DNA of 5,477 bases. It comes from Chlamydiota bacterium. GTDB lineage: Bacteria; Auribacterota; JACPWU01. Position 1 is the stretch's first letter; every line of letters starts with the position of its first letter. The stretch is taken from contig JACPWU010000017.1 in NCBI GenBank assembly GCA_016196885.1, positions 1 through 5,477 on the forward strand, read 5' to 3'. The notes beneath the pieces are model-generated. The model was not told the DNA's origin and made no database searches. It was given only the letters and a program-made list of their open reading frames with translations. Shown here in pieces: positions 1 through 3,200 of this stretch. The translations under genes and the position numbers were made by a program.

Positions 1-1
1 T

Positions 2-238
2 ATTCAGGCTCCCCCTGCGATTGCCTATTTTGTGGGAGATGATGGCTATTTGGTGACAGAGGCATTAGAGGCCTTTCCTGTTCCTGCTGGAAGGGAATTG
101 ACGCATGAACAAAGATTAGATCTTGTGACCTTAATTCTTCTAACAGGATTAAGCGATGTATACCCCCGCAATCTTTTGGTTCCCTTGGGTTCGCCTTCTT
201 CGGTGATTTACGCTGTCGACTTTGCACGGCTCGAACCG
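2..238 (+). other. Domain: protein-kinase-like / PI3-PI4-kinase-like catalytic core (only the part inside the window; the N-lobe would lie upstream)
   Basis: The translation reads ...AYFVGDDGYLVTEALEAFPV...HEQRLDLVTLILLTGLSDVYPRNLLVPLGSPSSVIYAVDFARLEP. DVYPRN (nt 155-172) has the D-x2-P-x-N / D-x4-N spacing of the kinase catalytic loop (compare DLKPEN, or DRHxxN in PI3/4K). It is followed by hydrophobic LLV and, 16 residues after the Asn, by VDFA (nt 215-226), which is DFG-like. The preceding hydrophobic helix ending in a G-containing turn resembles the YvLGiGDRH context of PI3/4-kinases. This is motif-level evidence only. Confidence 0.4.
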
Positions 239-3200
239 GATGATTGGCTTAAGCTACTCGAGAAGCTTTATATGTTAAGTACGTTAAGGTTGGGTCAGGA
301 ATGGGATTCCTCTCCAGATCTATGGGAGAGTGGGCTATCGCAATTATGTCCTTTTCTGAATGTCAAATCTTTCGAAGAAAATGAAGCGGTTTTAGAGGCC
401 GCTTTCGAAAGGTTTGAAGACCCGGCCGCCCTTCGTGATTTAGTTTGGAGAATTGGACAGCGATTGCGATCGGCCAATTTTCCCCCAGCAGAGGTTGAGC
501 AATATCTCGGACATCTTCAGGATAACTTTGAAGTAATGCTAAAAATTTTGCTCAGGATCTTTAATGAAGGAAATATTCTCATTCGGCGGTATATTCAGCC
601 AGATAATGAACATTCCCATTTTGAACTTTTGAGATATGTCGATGGCAAGGATTTTTCGGTGACATTAATGGGCGAGGAGGGTGAGTCTAAAACTTTTACA
701 GATCCTAAGCTGGTTCGGGAGTGGATAAGCTCCACGAAGGATCAGGGTACAGGAACCAGGATCCAGCAGCCAGAAAAAGAAAATGTCAAGGCTTATTCTT
801 TAGGCCTGGGAGATGGCCAGTCCATTACGCTTCAACTGGCGGGCCATTTCCAGCAAGGGTATCAGAGTGCTGAAGAGTGGGAAGCTTTACTAGAGCAAGC
901 GCTAGCGAGGGAGGGAAGATCGTTAACAGATCTTGCCCAGCTTCCAGATCGAACCCTGACGATTATTTTGGCGGATACCTACACACATCTTGCTGGAAAT
1001 TGCACAAAAGATGGCATTGTTATTCTGGATCGAAAAATTTTCGAGAGGCCAAAGAAGTTTTTTGAAAATAATTCTGCTGCGGCTGCTGTGGTAAGTCAAA
1101 TTCTTGTCCTTTCCTCTCTAGCGCATGAGCTAGGAGCCCATGAGTTGACGGGGGAAGGGAATGAAGCGCATACCCCAGAGCGTCATGAAAAAGATCTGGC
1201 CAATCTTGTTGCCTTTGCAGGTAAAGATTATCATTTGTCGGTCTTAGGCCAATTCTTAAGTCAGCCGGGTTTGCTTGTCCATCCTCTTGGTATTGAGAAA
1301 CTGATCAAAAAGAAATTTCTAAAATCCCCGTTCTTTAACGTTCTCGTCATTTCAGCTTTTGCTGTTGTGTTTTATTATTTGGGATTCATGTCTCTTGGTT
1401 TTGAATCGGGCATATGGAAGTGGGTGGAGCATTACGGCGAAGGCATGTTTAATTTTGTTTTTTTCTCTATTCTTTCCGATGCGCTGACGAAGAGAAGTTT
1501 GAATAAACCTATCAGCCACGACAGTATTTTTGGAGCCTCAAAATCAGGTTTAATCTCGGGGCTTTTTGCGATGACCTTTATTGATTTGATTAATTTGATT
1601 CCTGGTATTCCGGGTGCGATTTTGCGGCCTCTACTTATCACCGTTTTATTGGCATGGATTAGAACCAAAATCATGCGTATTTTTATTCGGACCGAAGATG
1701 AGAAGAAAGAAAAGGGACATCAAAACAAGAAAGAAAAAACGCAAGAAGAAAAGGATAAGGACAACCGTCAAGATGAGATGTATTGGCAGAGCAGATCTTG
1801 GGCGCTCATCAAGAATGGCATTGTTCAAAATTTGCCTTATGTGATGCGGGGTCCAATAGAGTCCGCCGCTACTCAATGGTTTCAGCAATACTTTAGTTCG
1901 GCGTTGCATTTACAGAGACCTTCTCTTGTTTCAAGACCTGATTGGTTTAAGGCCATTCAAGGTGTCTTTAAACATCGCGGCCTTTCCCTCATCGTTTATG
2001 GTTTTCTTGAACCTCTTGGAGTGGGGGTGATTTATGTTTTGAAAGGATTGAATCAGATCAGGTATTTAGTCGTTTCCGGATTCGTTCGAGAGTTAATCAA
2101 TACCCTTCTGAAATGGGGAAGACAAAAATTACCCGCTCTGAAAAGTCACATCGGTGCGGTCCTTCTCAGGTTAGACAAACGCCTTCCCAAGGGATTTTTC
2201 TTCAATGGCATCGTCATTACTGTTTTTGGTGTTTTGTTTTATTCATTGGGTTTGATGACCGTGGATAACACAGATGTTCTTTGGAAATGGGTCGAATACA
2301 CGTTGGAAAATGTTTTCACTTTCACTTTCTTCTCTGTTTTATCGGATATTTTGGCCAAAAGAAGCATAAATGAACCGCTTTCGCGTCGTGCGTTTTGGGG
2401 GGCAGTAGCTTCGGGTGCGATTAATGGGGTAGTTACGATTATATTCTTCGCCTTGATTAACTTCATTCCAGGCCCAAAAGGTTTTACTGCTTTCGTCAGG
2501 ATGATTTTAGTCATGTTCGCGTTGGTTCCATCGAGAAATCGGATTTATCGCCTCCTCTTTCATGTTGAAGGGAAGGAAAAGAAAAAAGGAGATATCGCTA
2601 ATCGTGAATATGAAATGTTTTTCATGAGTCGGCCATTCTCTTTTGTCAAAAACTCTCTGATTCAGGGTTTTTTACCTTTGGCATTGCGTGGGGGCGCCGA
2701 ATCCTTGGTGAATCAATATTTTCAGCAATATTTTGCCTGGGCGCTCAATGTTGATAAACCTTCTCTTGTGAATCGGCCGGACTGGTTGGGTGCGATTCAA
2801 AGATTTGTAAGGTATCGGTGGGTCGCCTTAATAATCTATACTTTCATTGCGTTTCCTCATTATTGTATGAGTGGTTGGTTACTGGGTAATCGCGTCAGTA
2901 AAGTTCAATCACAAACTTCTGGTCGTGACAAAAAATCTGGGATGAGAAAAGGAAATCTTTTCATGTGTCTCTACGATTTTATTGAACAAGAGAGAGTCTC
3001 TCCTAATTTTTCTGTGACTGCACGAGAGTTTCAGGAACATTTAGAGAAATTTTGGCCACCTCAAAGGCGGTTTTCTCGTTCTACGATTCAGAATGAACTT
3101 CGAGGGCTTTGGCAAATAGGTTTCTTAGAAAGGGAGAGGGTGGGTCGTTCTTATCGGTATACCTTGCCTTCTTGGTTGAAAAAAGCAGCTCATTTCCTAC

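Noticed and set aside
1124-1141. Canonical HExxH zinc-protease active site
   Set aside because: The actual spacing is H-E-L-G-A-H (HExxxH), so it is not a canonical zincin motif. I kept it only as a low-confidence variant or degenerate site.
1614-1909. Highly basic ORF (RRKKRDIKTRKKKRKKKRIRT, 1614-1844 +) and its antisense partner rich in F/L (1646-1909 -), which look superficially like a small basic peptide and a membrane peptide
   Set aside because: Both are reading-frame artefacts of the polypurine tract that encodes the K/E linker in the real frame. AAG/AAA/GAA runs read as K/R in another frame and as F/L on the opposite strand.
1331-2846. The two ~650-nt similar segments as a DNA-level repeat, IS element, or CRISPR-like array
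   Set aside because: The similarity is mainly at protein level, with only short identical nucleotide runs. Both copies are in the same frame within one ORF, with no terminal inverted repeats, no transposase and no short regular spacing. This is an ancient intragenic domain duplication, not a mobile element or array.
2942-2965. Internal translation start for a separate soluble wHTH-MTase protein (in-frame ATGs at 2942 and 2963, with AAAGGA about 9 nt upstream of the second)
   Set aside because: No stop codon precedes it, so it cannot be a separate gene. The SD-like purine run is simply the codons for Arg-Lys-Gly. An internal-initiation isoform cannot be supported from sequence alone.
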